Origin: Vicugna vicugna
Lineage: Eukaryota
Length of the DNA: 64,000 bases
Direction of reading: 5' to 3'
Assembly: GCA_013265495.1 (NCBI GenBank)
Contig: MU058636.1
Location: 6,173,741-6,237,740 of the forward strand
This document shows, in pieces, positions 51,173-63,479 of the stretch. The notes under the pieces were generated by a model that searched no databases, was not told the origin of the DNA, and worked only from the letters and a program-made list of their open reading frames with translations. Numbering within the stretch: position 1 is the stretch's first letter; each line of letters opens with the position of its first letter. The position numbers were made by a program, and so were the translations under genes.

Positions 51173-52054
51173 AATGATGAGGATTTCACCCCATTAATTC
51201 AGAGAATCTGAAACTTCGTTTTCACCATGAACTGTGTGCTGAGCGCCAACCCTCTACTTGCTGCCTTCGGAAAACATTTGCTGGTGGGAGGAGGCAAAGG
51301 GAAGATGGGGAGGGAGAGGAGGCTGCGGGAAGGAAAGGTACAAACTGTAAAAACCTGCTTGTCTTTCTGCATAAGCTTAATTTTCTCTTCTTTCAAAGGA
51401 TGTTTATTTCAGGTACATGAGTTATATGGATCAGAAATGTCTTAAGCAGGAATGTACAGTAATCTGAATGTTTTATATTAACACTTATCCATGCTGTTCC
51501 TCACAGATGAATTAGCAAGTCCTTTAAAATATGGACGAGTAAAGCTCAATGCTTTTTACTGAAGTAGCTCTCATTTGGATGGATCTCCGCTTAAGTGAAA
51601 AAGTACTTTATCGAAAATGTCCATTCCATCATTTCAACATTTTAATTATAGACTTCTTTTATATTTCCTAGAATAAAATAATTTATCAACAAAACGCATT
51701 ATATCAAAGGGTGTGCTTCATCTGAGCACCACGTAAGAATGCTGATAAACCATCATATATTTGGGGGATTTTAAATGAAGCGATGCACAAGAGAACTTTT
51801 AGAAGTCTGATCTTCTCTATAATTAGATTTGATAGGAATGCTTTCCTTGAGAAGCTCAATGAACAGAGCCACTCTCGGCTGGTGTTATGTGGCTCCCTAC
51901 AAACACTGTGTTGGGGGGGGACATCACCGGGGCAAGAAATGAAGACACTGCTTTATCAGTCCGCAAAACAACAAAGCGCCCCCCCCAACCAGATCCATTG
52001 ATCCCTGGCAGTGAGAAGCTGGGGGAGGGCCAACTTAAATACCACTTCCAATAC

Positions 52055-52320
52055 CGCTGAATTGCGCCCTTAAAAATGGTTGACATGGTATATTTTATGT
52101 TGCATATCTTTAATCATAACCAAAAAGAGACTGAAAAGAAAAATAAAGCCCTCCCTTACACAGGTATGTGGTTGGGAAAGGGGGAGTATTCTAATAGCCT
52201 TTTCAGGACATCCCTCTGTCCATTGAACCAAAACTCAGCAAGGGATATCTTAAAAGTTAGTTGCAAATGTAGAACCTGAAAACTTGTCAATAAAGTTTGT
52301 GTGTCCTGTTGCATTTTAAA
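52055..52320 (+). mobile_element. Old L1M 3' end fragments
   Basis: 'ctgaattg...cttaaaaatggttgacatggtatattttatgttgcatatcttt...aaaa' is an L1M 3' tail; adjacent 'gtattctaatagccttttcag...ttagttgcaaatgtagaa'. Confidence 0.65.
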
Positions 52321-52353
52321 AACCTCTTAAATTGCTGACAAAGGCCAGGATAA

Positions 52354-52802
52354 AGCTATGTTGCCCAGTATGGTACCACTAGCCACATACGTGTGGCTTT
52401 TGAGCACTTGAAATTGGCTTAAGGAGACTGAAGAATTGAATTTAAAATTTTAGTTTAGTTTAGTTTATTTAAATTTGATTTTAAAAACTTAAACTTGATT
52501 CAGTTGTTGGAAAAATTTTCAGTATGTTTGGACCAACATGGATATGATCACCTACTCTTTCAAATGTAACTCTTGTGAAATCTAGATACAGATCAAGGTA
52601 TCCGCAGTGAAATGTAATGCTCCAACTGAGATGTGCTCTAAGGATAAAATGCACACTGAATTTTAAAGACTTAGTAAGAATAAAAAAAACATAAAATATC
52701 TCACTAATAATTTTCAAAGTTGAGTATATTTAATATTGACTGTATGTTAAAATGGTCATATTTGGGATACATTGGATTAAATAAAATGTATTATTCAAAT
52801 TG
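52354..52802 (+). mobile_element. Charlie1-family (hAT) element with transposase C-terminal remnant
   Basis: MER3/MER33-like ends ('ccactagccacat...gtggcttttgagcacttgaaat', 'tgagatgtgct...taaaatgcacactgaatttt'); frame from 52521 reads SMFGPTWI*SPTLSNVTLVKSRYRS, like the hAT dimerisation motif (SxFGSTYxCExxFS...KSKYRS). Confidence 0.85.
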
Positions 52803-53187
52803 AAAAAAAAATAGTTTCTGTAAAGAAACAGGTGAAGGATACCTGACTCAGGTGATTCTTAACTGAAGTAAGGAATCACCCCAGGGGTCTCTAGTTTGTA
52901 TTCTGCCCAGGAAAAAAAAAAAAGGAATGAGAAATGTTTCCATTGGAAAAATGAATCATCAGAGGGTGCACAGATAATTGGTTGTAAGTGGCTACATCTC
53001 AAGAAATACTTTAGCAACAACCGCTCCACAGAAGGGTGAGGGGTAGGAATAACAGCACTGGAAGGAAGATGTTTATTTTCAAAGACCTCTGCAGATGTTA
53101 ACTCATTTTGCATGGTTATAGTGCAAAGAACCACGATCTGCATTTTATGGATGAGAAACGTTAATTAAAGTAATAAAAAAGCTCTGC

Positions 53188-53275
53188 CATATGTATCTCT
53201 ATATAGAGATATATAATGTATGTGTGTGTGTGTACTGACTATATATATAATGCGTGTATGTATGTATGTATGTAG
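53188..53275. repeat. Compound (TA)/(TG)/(TATG) microsatellite
   Basis: 'tatatagagatatata...tgtgtgtgtgtg...tatgtatgtatgtatg'. Confidence 0.85.
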
Positions 53276-54039
53276 TCAGAGCCTCAATGAAAGTTCAGAA
53301 GTTTCTCCTCTTCTTGTTAAACCTATTGATGTCCTATTGGCAATTATTAGGTAAATATGAACAATCTGGATGGTCAAACAGATGTTTTATGTCACAACAC
53401 GCATTCTGAAGCCTGAGTGATCTGCATTTTTGCCCACATTTATTTTTAAAAAATCAGTATTTCTAGACATTTATTTACTTAATCCAGTGTGGACAGAAAG
53501 CTATGTGCATATTTATAAGGCTGTTTTCATCAAAGCTGCTGTTTTCATCTGAGCCACAGGCAGCCAACACTACATGATCAAATTACTCACACAGAAATCA
53601 CACATGAAATCCATAGATAATCTGCAAACCTCATTTCAGCCAATGGTTTTAAGTGTTTTTCCTCGGCAGACCTCTCCTGAAAGCTGCTAACAGGCTGATT
53701 GGAATTTTGTATCCTCTCCACTCTCCGGTGGAAGAGCTGCTAAGCAATGAAATGGCCAAAGCAGAGCACACAGGAGGAGGAGGAGGAGGGGAAGCAATGC
53801 CCTGAAAAAAACCCCTCCAGCTTCATAATCACATCCTGAATAATCAGCAGTGGACAGATGCTCCTCACACACGGTGCGTTCTCTACACTCTCAAGCAAAC
53901 CGGGCAAAGACTGTGAAACCTCAATGTTATGCACACACTTGTCCTGAAATTGCTCGACAAACGTATTAGGAGGTGAGATCAAAGCCGGATGGGCCATCAC
54001 AGCCCGTCAGATTTCCCTGGTAGTAGCCGCTATCTTTAA

Positions 54040-54270
54040 ACCGTATTTCCATGGCAACTAGTTTAAAAACATATTTGACGATATTGCCTCTTCCGTGATG
54101 AGAGCCATTAAAACCCAAGCGGCCTCTTCTCGTCAGACCCCTGAGGGCAGTGAGGACGGGAGGAAGAGCCCCTTCCAGCGCAGCGCGGTGGGGCCCCCAG
54201 GGGCCCCCAGGGGCTGGCCCCCGCCCTTCCGGGTTGCCGGGGAGGTTAGCTGGTTGGATTTGCCGGAGTC
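54040..54270. promoter_or_regulatory. Candidate promoter/enhancer: X-box, GC-box and ETS motifs in a CpG-rich patch
   Basis: ATTTCCATGGCAAC (54045-54058), CCCCGCCC and CTTCCGG (about 54219-54232), GTTGCC (54233-54238). Confidence 0.4.
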
Positions 54271-55869
54271 CCTGTTTCTGCATGAAGCAAACCTCCTCTG
54301 CCTGCCTCCTGAGCTTTTCCAAACCCAGCTCTGGGGCTGGAGACTTCTCCTCCTGCTCCCCTCGGATTTTTGCTGCTCTGCCCCAGACGCTTAGACCAAC
54401 CAGCACCTGACTGTTTCAGCAATGAGGGGCAAGACCCTGTTTGCTCTATGAAAAACTGGAGGAACAAAATGCTCACCATGCTTTAATTCACAACTCTCTG
54501 GCCTTTTTGTAATTTCTCTATCAGCTTGGGATGAGGCTTAATCCGAGGACTGTGGCACTCCTGAATTCTTAGGCTTTTATTAAGAGAAATCACGAGTTTT
54601 CTGCAGAGCTGGCAGTTAGGACAAGACCGACGGTGACCCTCTCTCAGGGCTCAGGTGAGACGCTCGTGGTTCTTAGATCTTCACCGCCAAGAACCTCGGT
54701 ATTTTCCCAGGTACTCTCTGTAATCTCCCTGAGATGTTGATCTAAGTATCACTAATTCTTGTTTTCTCACTTTGGGGGGAGAAAACAGCCTGTAAACTTT
54801 GGACTACAGCTAGGTCTCTGTGTAGATGGCATTGATAGATGGGGCCTACAGTGCGGTGGTTTGGCTGCAGCTTCGGGGACCTCCTACTCAAGGGTACCAT
54901 CCCCCACACCCCTGAAATTCCCACTCCTTCTCTTTGAGACTTTATCTTCTACATGCGATATGTTTCCACAAGCATCAAATCTTTTTTTTTTAAACTAAGG
55001 TGAGATAGGTATGCAACAATCAATAAGTTTCAAAAGAGTCCAAAAATCAGATCTGGGCCCTAAAATTTGGGGGCAAGCACATGTCACTGAAAGGGAAGTG
55101 GGAGATAAAAAGATGGAGGATTAAGAAGAGCAGGTCCAGACTGAGTCCTCGCACAGCGGGAGGCCTCAGGGTTAGAGGGCGTGTCCAGGACCGTCTTCTG
55201 GAAGGCAGAAACGTCGTCATCTCAGACAGTCTGCCCAGGGCTGGGCCGCACTCTTCTCTGATTCAGGCCACATCAATATGTGGCCGGTGTCCATTTCAGC
55301 TGTCTTCATGGTGCATATTGATCACTGCCATAGATCGCTCATTCTGCAATCTTCATTGATCATTAAATGGCTGGAATTAATAGATTAGCCAGTGGAAGGT
55401 CTATTCATTTAATGTGCATACGCGGAGACAGTGAGTCTTCAGGGAACCTGACTTTGATCTACCACCGTGCGGTGCCTCATGACTCCCAGCGAGTATTTTT
55501 ATGTGACAGTGTATGTACTTCAGTGTTTGTATACGTGAAAACTGCAATGTAGGCCACCTGGGACAGTTGCATTAATTTGAACATCAATCTGCAAACTGAT
55601 ACAACTTGGAAGAAGCCACAGTGAAACCTATTTTTCGATTACCTATAAAGCCTTTATTAATTGTACAAACAACATTTCAGGGAGAATGTGTGAAATGCTT
55701 ATGAGAGGAAAATAGTTTTAAGTAACCTCACGATTCCAATTTCAAATGATTGATAATGCCAATTAAAAAGCATTCTTTCTTTTTTCCAAACAAGCTATTC
55801 CTATGTGTTTATCAAAGCAAGTCTCCTAAGAACACATCTGGGTATCTGTGTTCTGGGACTATGTGTCCT

Positions 55870-56507
55870 TGGATAATGGGAACCTAAGGGTTCTGCACCC
55901 AATTCCAGCATGTGAGTTTCTTTTCCCCACTCCACCACACAGTTCTATACCAGTCACAAGTCCAGGCTGTCACCTGTGCTTCTCATCAACTAACTATAGG
56001 TTGGAGGTTCCAACAGCTCCCTCCTAGGATTCTATTAATTTGCTAGAGTAACTCATAGAATGCAGAACACTTACTATGTTACTAGTTTAGTATAAAAAGA
56101 TGTACGTAAGTCAGGAATAGCCAGATGGAAGAGATTCACAGGACAACACACAGGGAAGGCTTCCGTGCCCTCTCTGATCACGTCATGCTTCCCAAATATC
56201 CATGCGGTCACCACTCTGGACTCCATCCTTTGGGTTTTTATGGAGGCTTCATTGCATTTTCATGATTGATTAATTCATTGACCATTAGTGATTGATTAAG
56301 TCTCTAGCACTTCTCCCCCTCCCAGGAGATGGAGGGCAGAGAGTGGGGCAGGGACCTAAAGTTCTAACCCTCATTTCCAGAAGTCACCTCATTAACAAAA
56401 CAAAAGACAACTTTATCACTCTTATCATAGGAAATCCCAAGAGCTTTAGGAGCTCTGTATCAGAAATAGGATGAAGATCAAATACATATTTCTTATTATA
56501 AATTACT
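55870..56507 (-). mobile_element. MER21-like ERVL LTR
   Basis: 'caagtccaggctgtcacctgtgcttct...attaatttgctagag...ctcataga...tttttatggaggcttcatt...catgattgattaattcattg...agtcacctcattaac...ggaaatcccaagagctttaggagctc'. Confidence 0.85.
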
Positions 56508-57132
56508 TGGACTGGGAACTGTGGGCAGGTGAACTGGGCTGATGGGGAGGGCCTGCCAGGAGTTCACTGACCTGCATTGACTCTTCGGGGGCTCATAGTT
56601 GGAGAGGATCCACCCTAGAGCAGTAGCTGATGGGGAGGGCAGTGATATGTGTCTTTTAGAATTTACTTCTCTGGCAGCCTCTTGGATGTTTTGTGAAGAT
56701 TGAGGAGAGAGGGGCAGTAGACAGAACCTGAAGGAACTACGTGCAGTGGTGACCCTGTCAGGCATTGGACTCTGGTCTCATTAGATGATTCATTAGGTGG
56801 CAAAATGGAAGGAAAGATAAGGAAAAAGTCTTCTTCCATGAGGCACCCATGATTTTCCATCACTGGTGGTTCTGGAGGGAACAAGGTGGTTCCCATTTAG
56901 CGGTTGTCAGGCCATGTTCCCAATGCATGGGACTCATATATGTGGGTGACAAGGGACAATGTGGGGGCTAGAGAAGGTATTTGTGAGAACAGAGGAATGA
57001 GGCTTAAGGATTCAGCTAAATATGGCTTATAATAGTTATAATGGCATTATTTATATCCATAGTAGATACTGCCACAGAAAATCTGATCTGTTTCTGAACG
57101 TTATAAAACTAAATTTATTTTTTAAAATATTT

Positions 57133-57870
57133 GGAAGAGGTATAACACAGGGAAAAGAGCACAAGCCTTGGATCAGAACCCAATTCAACTCTGACTCTTG
57201 TCAGTTGTTACCTGTATGGCTTTGGGCAGGTGTGCAATGTGGCAGATTGTTGTGTGTTCCCTGAAACCCATTTTCCCTCCCATCTGAGCACACACCTTGA
57301 TGATGCCTCCCAGCCTCTCTGACAGTCAAGACTGAACCTGTGACTGAGCTCTAAGCACCGTGGACAGAAAGAAGTAATACATGCCACCTCCAGGTCTGCT
57401 CCACTAGAACTTCCTGTGCCCAGGAAGCTTGCATTCACTGGAACATCAATCTGAAATTGATATAACTCAGAAGGAGCCAGATTAAAATCTAAGTTGGAGT
57501 TACCAACACAGCCTTCATTAACTGTACGAACAGTATTTCTAACAGGAACATGCAGAGTACCCAACAGAAGACAGCAACTCCCTAACAGGTGGTGGAGGCC
57601 AGGGCCCTGACTGACCACACAGAAGGCCATTCACCAGACAGGGACATTAGTATTGGACTCCACAGGAGCAAGAAATTAACTTTTATTGTCTTAAACACTA
57701 AAACTGGGATTTATGTGCTACAGCACTTAGCATCGTTTCCATTAATTAATCCACTTGAACTTCAATGACTTCTCATTAATAAAAAGGAAAGAATGGTATC
57801 TAACTTACAGAGTAGTTCAAGAATTAACTATAGAGGCACACAGTAAATGTTAAATAAATAATAGGTACTA
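57133..57870 (+). mobile_element. MIR SINE split by an MLT1 (pieces about 57133-57237 and 57754-57870)
   Basis: Head 'ggaaaagagcacaagccttggatcaga...ctttgggcagg'; after the LTR 'cttgaacttc...ttctcatt...aaaa...ggtatctaacttacagagtagtt...gaattaa'. Confidence 0.75.
57238..57753 (+). mobile_element. MLT1 (H-K type) MaLR solo LTR
   Basis: 'tgtggcagattg...cccagcctc...tgtgactgagctct...agaagtaatacatgccacctccagg...gagcaagaaattaacttttattgtcttaa...tgctacagca...aattaatcca'. Confidence 0.8.
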
Positions 57871-58039
57871 TATAATGTCTTATTTAGGTTTTCCCTTCAT
57901 TTAGATCCTTCTCTCATAATTGGTGAGTTAAGTTTATTTTCCACTAGGGGGAAATAAATCACATTGATGAAGGCAAAACACAGCATCAGTCGTAGATGGA
58001 AAGAAAGAGCCATTTAGTGAACCAGTGGGGGCGTCAGTG

Positions 58040-58217
58040 GCGAACTATGGGACCTTGGGTACCATTCTTAAGTTTTCTGAACCTTAGCTTCCTCGTTTGT
58101 AAAACAGGAGTAAGAATCCATGCCTCACGGGAGGTATGTGAGAATAAAATGAGGCAGCAAATATAAAAGCATCCCTTACTCTTTGAAGTTCCACAAAAAT
58201 GTGTGGTTTATTATTAT
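58040..58217 (+). mobile_element. MIR SINE
   Basis: 'gaccttggg...cttaagttttctgaaccttagcttcctcgtttgtaaaacagg...gcctcac...tgtgagaataaaatgag'. Confidence 0.85.
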
Positions 58218-58999
58218 AGATTAACTATTTTAAACTCACAAAACCAAGCAGGTTTTGTACAAACATTATCTTCAAAAACAGTATATGGTTCTCCACTGGA
58301 CTAGCAAAGTTGTTGCAATGCTTTTAATGCTGGTGGTAACGTGTGATTAATCTTAACTTTCCATTTTCTAATGTGTTTCAGTTGGTGAACTAATGGCAGT
58401 AATGTATTTGAAATGTCCCACTTTCTTTTTATTTTAAAGGTGGGAAAAAAGACATTGCGAGCAGTAAATCGTGTATGCCCAAGCTGAATCTGACGGGTCA
58501 GGAGGAAGTAAGATCCTCACTTTTCTGCTGTCATTGAAACATCCTTTGGAGAGAGATGCAGTGGGAGCCGGGCCTTCATTAAAATCAAACCAGATCTTGG
58601 CAGATGTCAGTTAAGCAAGCTTGGCAGTGAATCTGTGATTAAACTTTTCAATACATTCTCTTAATTTTACAATTTGTAATCTCTGAAAACACCTCATATG
58701 AATTTTATTACTGTGAATTGGAGGTTATCAAAAAGTCAAGTCTTCCTGGAAGAGCATTTGGGAGGCTTCTTACACGGCCACACCACGTCAGCCATGGAGG
58801 TGCCTGTCCTCTCTAGACAGAGAGTTAAAACTCTGAGTATTTAAAATACGCGTGCCTCCACCCAGAAGAAGAAAGTTGCAGTACCTAATATCTTCAAGGA
58901 GGCCAAGGACACTGTTGAGTGGGTGGCGTTCAGAGCTGTGTGAAGGAGGTTGAGAGGAAATTACTTTCAGTTAATAATTCAGCAAAAATGTATGGAACT

Positions 59000-59518
59000 C
59001 TACGCAAGTGATCAAAGCGGACGTCGCTATTAATGTCATGTTGATATCATGTGCTCCCAGATATGATGGCACGAGAGGGCCACGTCACCTCCGTGGTGTT
59101 TGAAACAACCCAAAAAATAAAAAAGAGTCTAACGATGAGGAAACAAGAATATTCCACAAAAATGAGGAACGTGCTGCAAAGTGTCTGACCAGCACTCATG
59201 AAACTAGAAAGGACGTGAAAAATAAGACTGAGAAACTGTCACAGAGCAGAAGAGACTAAGGAGACATGACAACTTAATGCAATGTGGTATGAGAACCTTG
59301 GATAACTGGTGAAACCCAAATAAAGTCTAGAATTTAGTTAAGAGTAATGAGCAAAGGTGGTTGGTTAGTTTTGGCAAACACACCATGGCAATATATGACG
59401 ATGACATTCAGGGAAGCTGCAGCTGGGTGAGAGGCGGAAGGTACGGGAGTTCTCTGTACTACTTTTGTGTTTGTTTCTGTAAACCTAAAATTATTCACAA
59501 TAAAAAGTTTATTAAATA
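59000..59518 (+). mobile_element. L1MC-type 3' UTR
   Basis: 'ctgaccagcactc...gactgagaaactgtcacag...gactaaggagacatgacaact...aatgtggtat...ctctgtact...ttctgtaaacctaaaattatt...aaaagtttatt'. Confidence 0.88.
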
Positions 59519-59699
59519 ACATATATGTGAATAATTTTAATAAATAAAAATCAAAACATCACTTCAATATCTTTTCAAAATAAATACTTTCATAAGTAGA
59601 ATTTCAATTTTCAAAATGAAAATTTAATAAATAAACGTACATATATCATTTTAATAAATAAACTTCTCTCTTGATCTGTCTATGGAGAAGAATCTAGCA

Positions 59700-60850
59700 T
59701 TCTAGGAAGATGATGGTGACACGATACTTTTTGATTTCTTAAAATCACCACATAAAAACAGGTGAAGCAGGTGGGAATAAACCACCAACAGCCACCAGAG
59801 CTGCGTGATACCAGAATCTGTGCAGGAAGAAGCAGAGGGAGCATCAGATGTGTCTGAGGACAGAATCCCCAAGCAGCCAACATGTATTCACTGGCAGACA
59901 TGATCAGCTAATTTGAGAAGTGCACCTCAAGCTGGGAGAGGCTGTGCCCAATCCAATAATGGGGGAGTGCGAAGACCCCTCCACAAGGTGTGAAGGGGCA
60001 GGAGCAGTCGGTGTCCTTATGAGATACCCTGACTGCCCAGGCAAACCTGCCAGGGCTCCTCTATGACTCGGCCACCTAATGGGGCACGACTGACTGCTAG
60101 AACTGAAATTGTAATTGAGAGGAATAAAGACATAAAGATGAAGAGAGAGAATTTCCAAACAGAAGTAAGAAGGGAGACCAGAGCCAGGAAATCTGAGAAA
60201 GAAAGCTGCCCTACTTTTTAATACTATATGACAGAAAAGCAAAATAAAACAAAATAAAATAGAAGAGGGTGGTCTCTGAAGTTAAACTATTTTGTTTCAC
60301 AGATCCTTCCAAAAGTTCAAAAACTTAATTCTCACAAGTGGGCAACAGAAAACAATCAAAACAAAACAAGCAAAGCCATGATGATGTGGATAATAAGGAA
60401 TAAGATATCTTTTGGGACACGCCAGAGAGTCATCATAACCAAACAGATAAAGTCTGCACCCGCTATTTCAAAACAAGGCGAAAGACCTTGAAAAGCTGAC
60501 ATAAGACATCAAATAACAGCACAAACCAAAACCATAGAAATTATGAATTGAAGTGACAACCCAGTAAAGAATCAGACATACAAGAAAAAAAAAATCGTTT
60601 CAGACTATTAGACTAAAAATCTTACCAGACTATTGGAAGGAATACAAGATAAAATAATATCCTAAGAGAAACAGAATGTGAAAAGAAGAAAGTATTTAAA
60701 AATCATAAAAGAAATGAAGAGATAAGAAGATTATAAGAGGAAGTGACAAGTATTGATAAACAAAACCCAAAATCCAAACAATAGAAATCCCTGAAGAAGA
60801 AGTGAAAGCAAGGAGATATAACAGGATAAAAGAACATTACAACATTATAA
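59700..60850 (+). mobile_element. Old L1/HAL1-like 5' and ORF1 region (highly decayed)
   Basis: Strongly A-rich sense strand with ORF1-like text ('aatagaaatccctgaagaaga', similar to the I-G-I-P-E-E motif region). Confidence 0.45.
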
Positions 60851-60882
60851 TTTTGATAATGATGGTTGAAATTGGACTGTAT

Positions 60883-61003
60883 TGTAGACAGTGTAACAGC
60901 CCCCAAAGGTGTTCACCTCCTAATTCCTAGGACCTGAGAATGTGTGACCTTTCCACAGCTAAAAGGGTTTCATAGTTGTCATTGAGTCAAGGACACTGAG
61001 TGA
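60883..61003 (+). mobile_element. MLT1 (C/D-like) 5' fragment
   Basis: 'tgtagacagtgtaacagcccccaaaggtgttcacctcctaattcctaggacctgagaatgtgtgacctt'. Confidence 0.8.
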
Positions 61004-62074
61004 TAACCTCCTAAGGGAATACGCTGGAAAGACAGAATGCTATTGTCAGAGACAGAATGCCTGAAATTAGGATTATGGAGAGCTGCAATCATTAGTGCAG
61101 ATGTTCTCAACCAGAGCTCCCTGAGAGAATTAAGCTTTCACTCCCTAATGTATCCAAAATATGTAATGAGTTAACTTCCTTCCTATGAATTTAGTTTGTA
61201 CCCTCCTTAAGAAATTTGAGAAAATATTCACTCGAATCACCTATGGTATTCTGTGGATCAGACAAGGAGCCCCTTTGGTGAAAAACTAGAGGGTATGGCC
61301 AAGGGAATAATTGACTGAAGTAGAAAACAAGATCATTTTAAAAAATTCAAGGAGCAGAGAGACCAGGATATTGAGATGATTATCTCTCTATATATATTGA
61401 GTTCAGCAAGGTTAAGACAAGAATGGTATTGGAGCTGAAATTCCTGAGAAAAAGAGAGAGTGACCCAGGACAGGACAGGTGACAGCAAGAAGGAAAGGTA
61501 GCGGGCAGAGTAATCTCATGATGGAAATAGAGAAGAGGTTTTGCGGGAGAAGGAGGAGGAGCTAGACAGAATGCAGCTATGAGGGGAAACGTGGAGGTCT
61601 AGCCAGCCTCTTCTCCAAGCCCAGAGGTGGAAGGGCTGTGGAAGGCGCAGCAGTCGCCTTTAAGGGGCTCCAGGAAAGTAGGGTCCTCAGGGGAGAGTCA
61701 GCCCTTTAGCCAGAGGGAGGGAAAAACATTCAGAAAATCAGTGGAGGATATAGAGCATGTTGCCAATAATGGACCTGTATTTCCAGCAAGCTCAGTGGAA
61801 GGGATCGAGAATCGAGGAGGAGTGCCTGGAACAGGCAGAATGAGGCACATGCAGAGCCCGCGGGGTCCCGTGCGGGAGACGAAGGGTGGCCTGCCCTCGG
61901 GCTGTGGCGGCCCACACACAGGGAGAAAGGGCGTAACAGCATTACTCGAGTTGGCTCAAGACAAATAGTGCCCGGGAGCCTCGCGGAGGACCGAAAGGGG
62001 GGCTTCCAGGATTTCCTGATTTCAGGAAGGCAGATGAGGTGTGGTCTTAAGTCCAGTGCCTGTAGCTGACCTAT

Positions 62075-62283
62075 GTGATTCAAGTTTTAAATCTTGGAGG
62101 ATCACACACCTCTTCAAGAATCTTATGAAAATGATAGATTGACTCCTCAAAAAAAAAAAAAAGCAGATGAACTCAAAATTGTGAATATGGTTTCAAGGGA
62201 GGGTTTTCAGAACTAAATACACCCACATGTCTGTCTCAGCCACTCCCATCTTAGATCCATGGATTCAAAATAAGAAAATATGA
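62075..62283. mobile_element. MER103-like hAT-Charlie MITE
   Basis: 'ggatcacacacctcttcaagaatcttatgaaaatgatagattgactcctc...aaaattgtgaatatggtttcaaggg...atccatggattc...taagaa'. Confidence 0.55.
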
Positions 62284-62664
62284 TTTATACTCTACGTTTT
62301 TTCTGTGACAATATAATTAAGTGACATGTTAAATTTAAAGGGAAATAATTTGTTATGTTTCTGGTGAAATTTATTTGCATTTGAGCACAGACATGCTGAA
62401 GACAGAAATTAATCCAGAGGCACTGTGCTGGGGCAGGCAGAGAGCTAGGTGGACAGATGACGAGACAGCTGTCAGCATCACTCACACCAAGGCACAGCAT
62501 CATCGTTGAAGAAAAACCTACGTGTGCGTGACAGGAGTGGTGGAGGGAGTGCTTCATAGGAAGCGCACAAAACAGCAGAAACAAACACAGGTCCTGCCCT
62601 TGAAAAATGGAAAACCTGAAACCCTGAATGTGTGCCTTCTTGTCTCGCCTCTGCTCCCCCACTC

Positions 62665-62760
62665 TGCATTGGTGATCTTGGCTCAGTCATTTAAATTCTC
62701 TGTATTTTGGTTTTAGCACCTGTGAAATAAGAATCATAGTATCTGCCTACAGAGAATTCA
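62665..62760 (+). mobile_element. MIR core fragment
   Basis: 'gtgatcttggctcagtcatttaaattctctgt...ttttagcacctgtgaaataagaatcatagtatctgcct'. Confidence 0.75.
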
Positions 62761-63479
62761 GGGGAAGTGGTCATCTTGGAGATGTTGGTGCTAATTGCAG
62801 TCAGGACGGTCTGTACAAGAAATATCCGTCCTCTTTTCTTCCAGAGCAGGGGGAGCAAAGGAAAGACTTGTGATGGAAAAGTAGTCACAGAAAATTGCTG
62901 GGGCCCCAACCCACCTTCAGCCTGGGAAAGGAGACGAGGAGTGAGTGCCTTTTCCCTGGGACTTGCGTTAGCTGGACTTGAGACTTCAGAAGATCTACCC
63001 TTCTTGGGCAGCTAGGAGCTGGGAAACCCAGTACTCATGTTTTAAAGGCCAACGTTCATGGAGCAATCGTGGAATGAAATGTTACATAAAAATAAGGAGT
63101 GGGGTCGTTCCCAGGAAGGGAGGAAACGAGGGTAAGATATCTTGGAAAATGCTAGCTTTTGTTTCATTGAAATGAACTAGAGTTCTGTATTTTAGGAGTT
63201 ATTCAAACACTACAGAAACCAAGAGAAGTTTCAAAATGCTTTTCCTAACATGGAATCTGCAGTTTACTCCAGCCCTCAATCAATATTTGGGTTATTTGAA
63301 TTAACAATTTTAACATCTACTCACACTAATTTTGCTCTTTTAATATTAAGTCATATTTTAATCCAAAAGACTCCATACAGGTAAAGAATTCAAACTTCAT
63401 TGGGTATCTCACCAAAGTTTTAAGTGACATGATTGATAACTGTTTTCCAATGTGGAAAATACAATTTGCATTTCTTCTT

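Noticed and set aside
26785..59518. Oppositely oriented L1MC 3' UTR copies at about 27 kb and 59 kb as a long inverted repeat
   Set aside because: Independent, highly diverged insertions of a common family about 32 kb apart.
61098..61290. Possible hAT MITE within decayed L2-like sequence
   Set aside because: The TIR-like ends (cagatgttctcaacc / ggtgaaaaacta) are too degenerate to assign a family.
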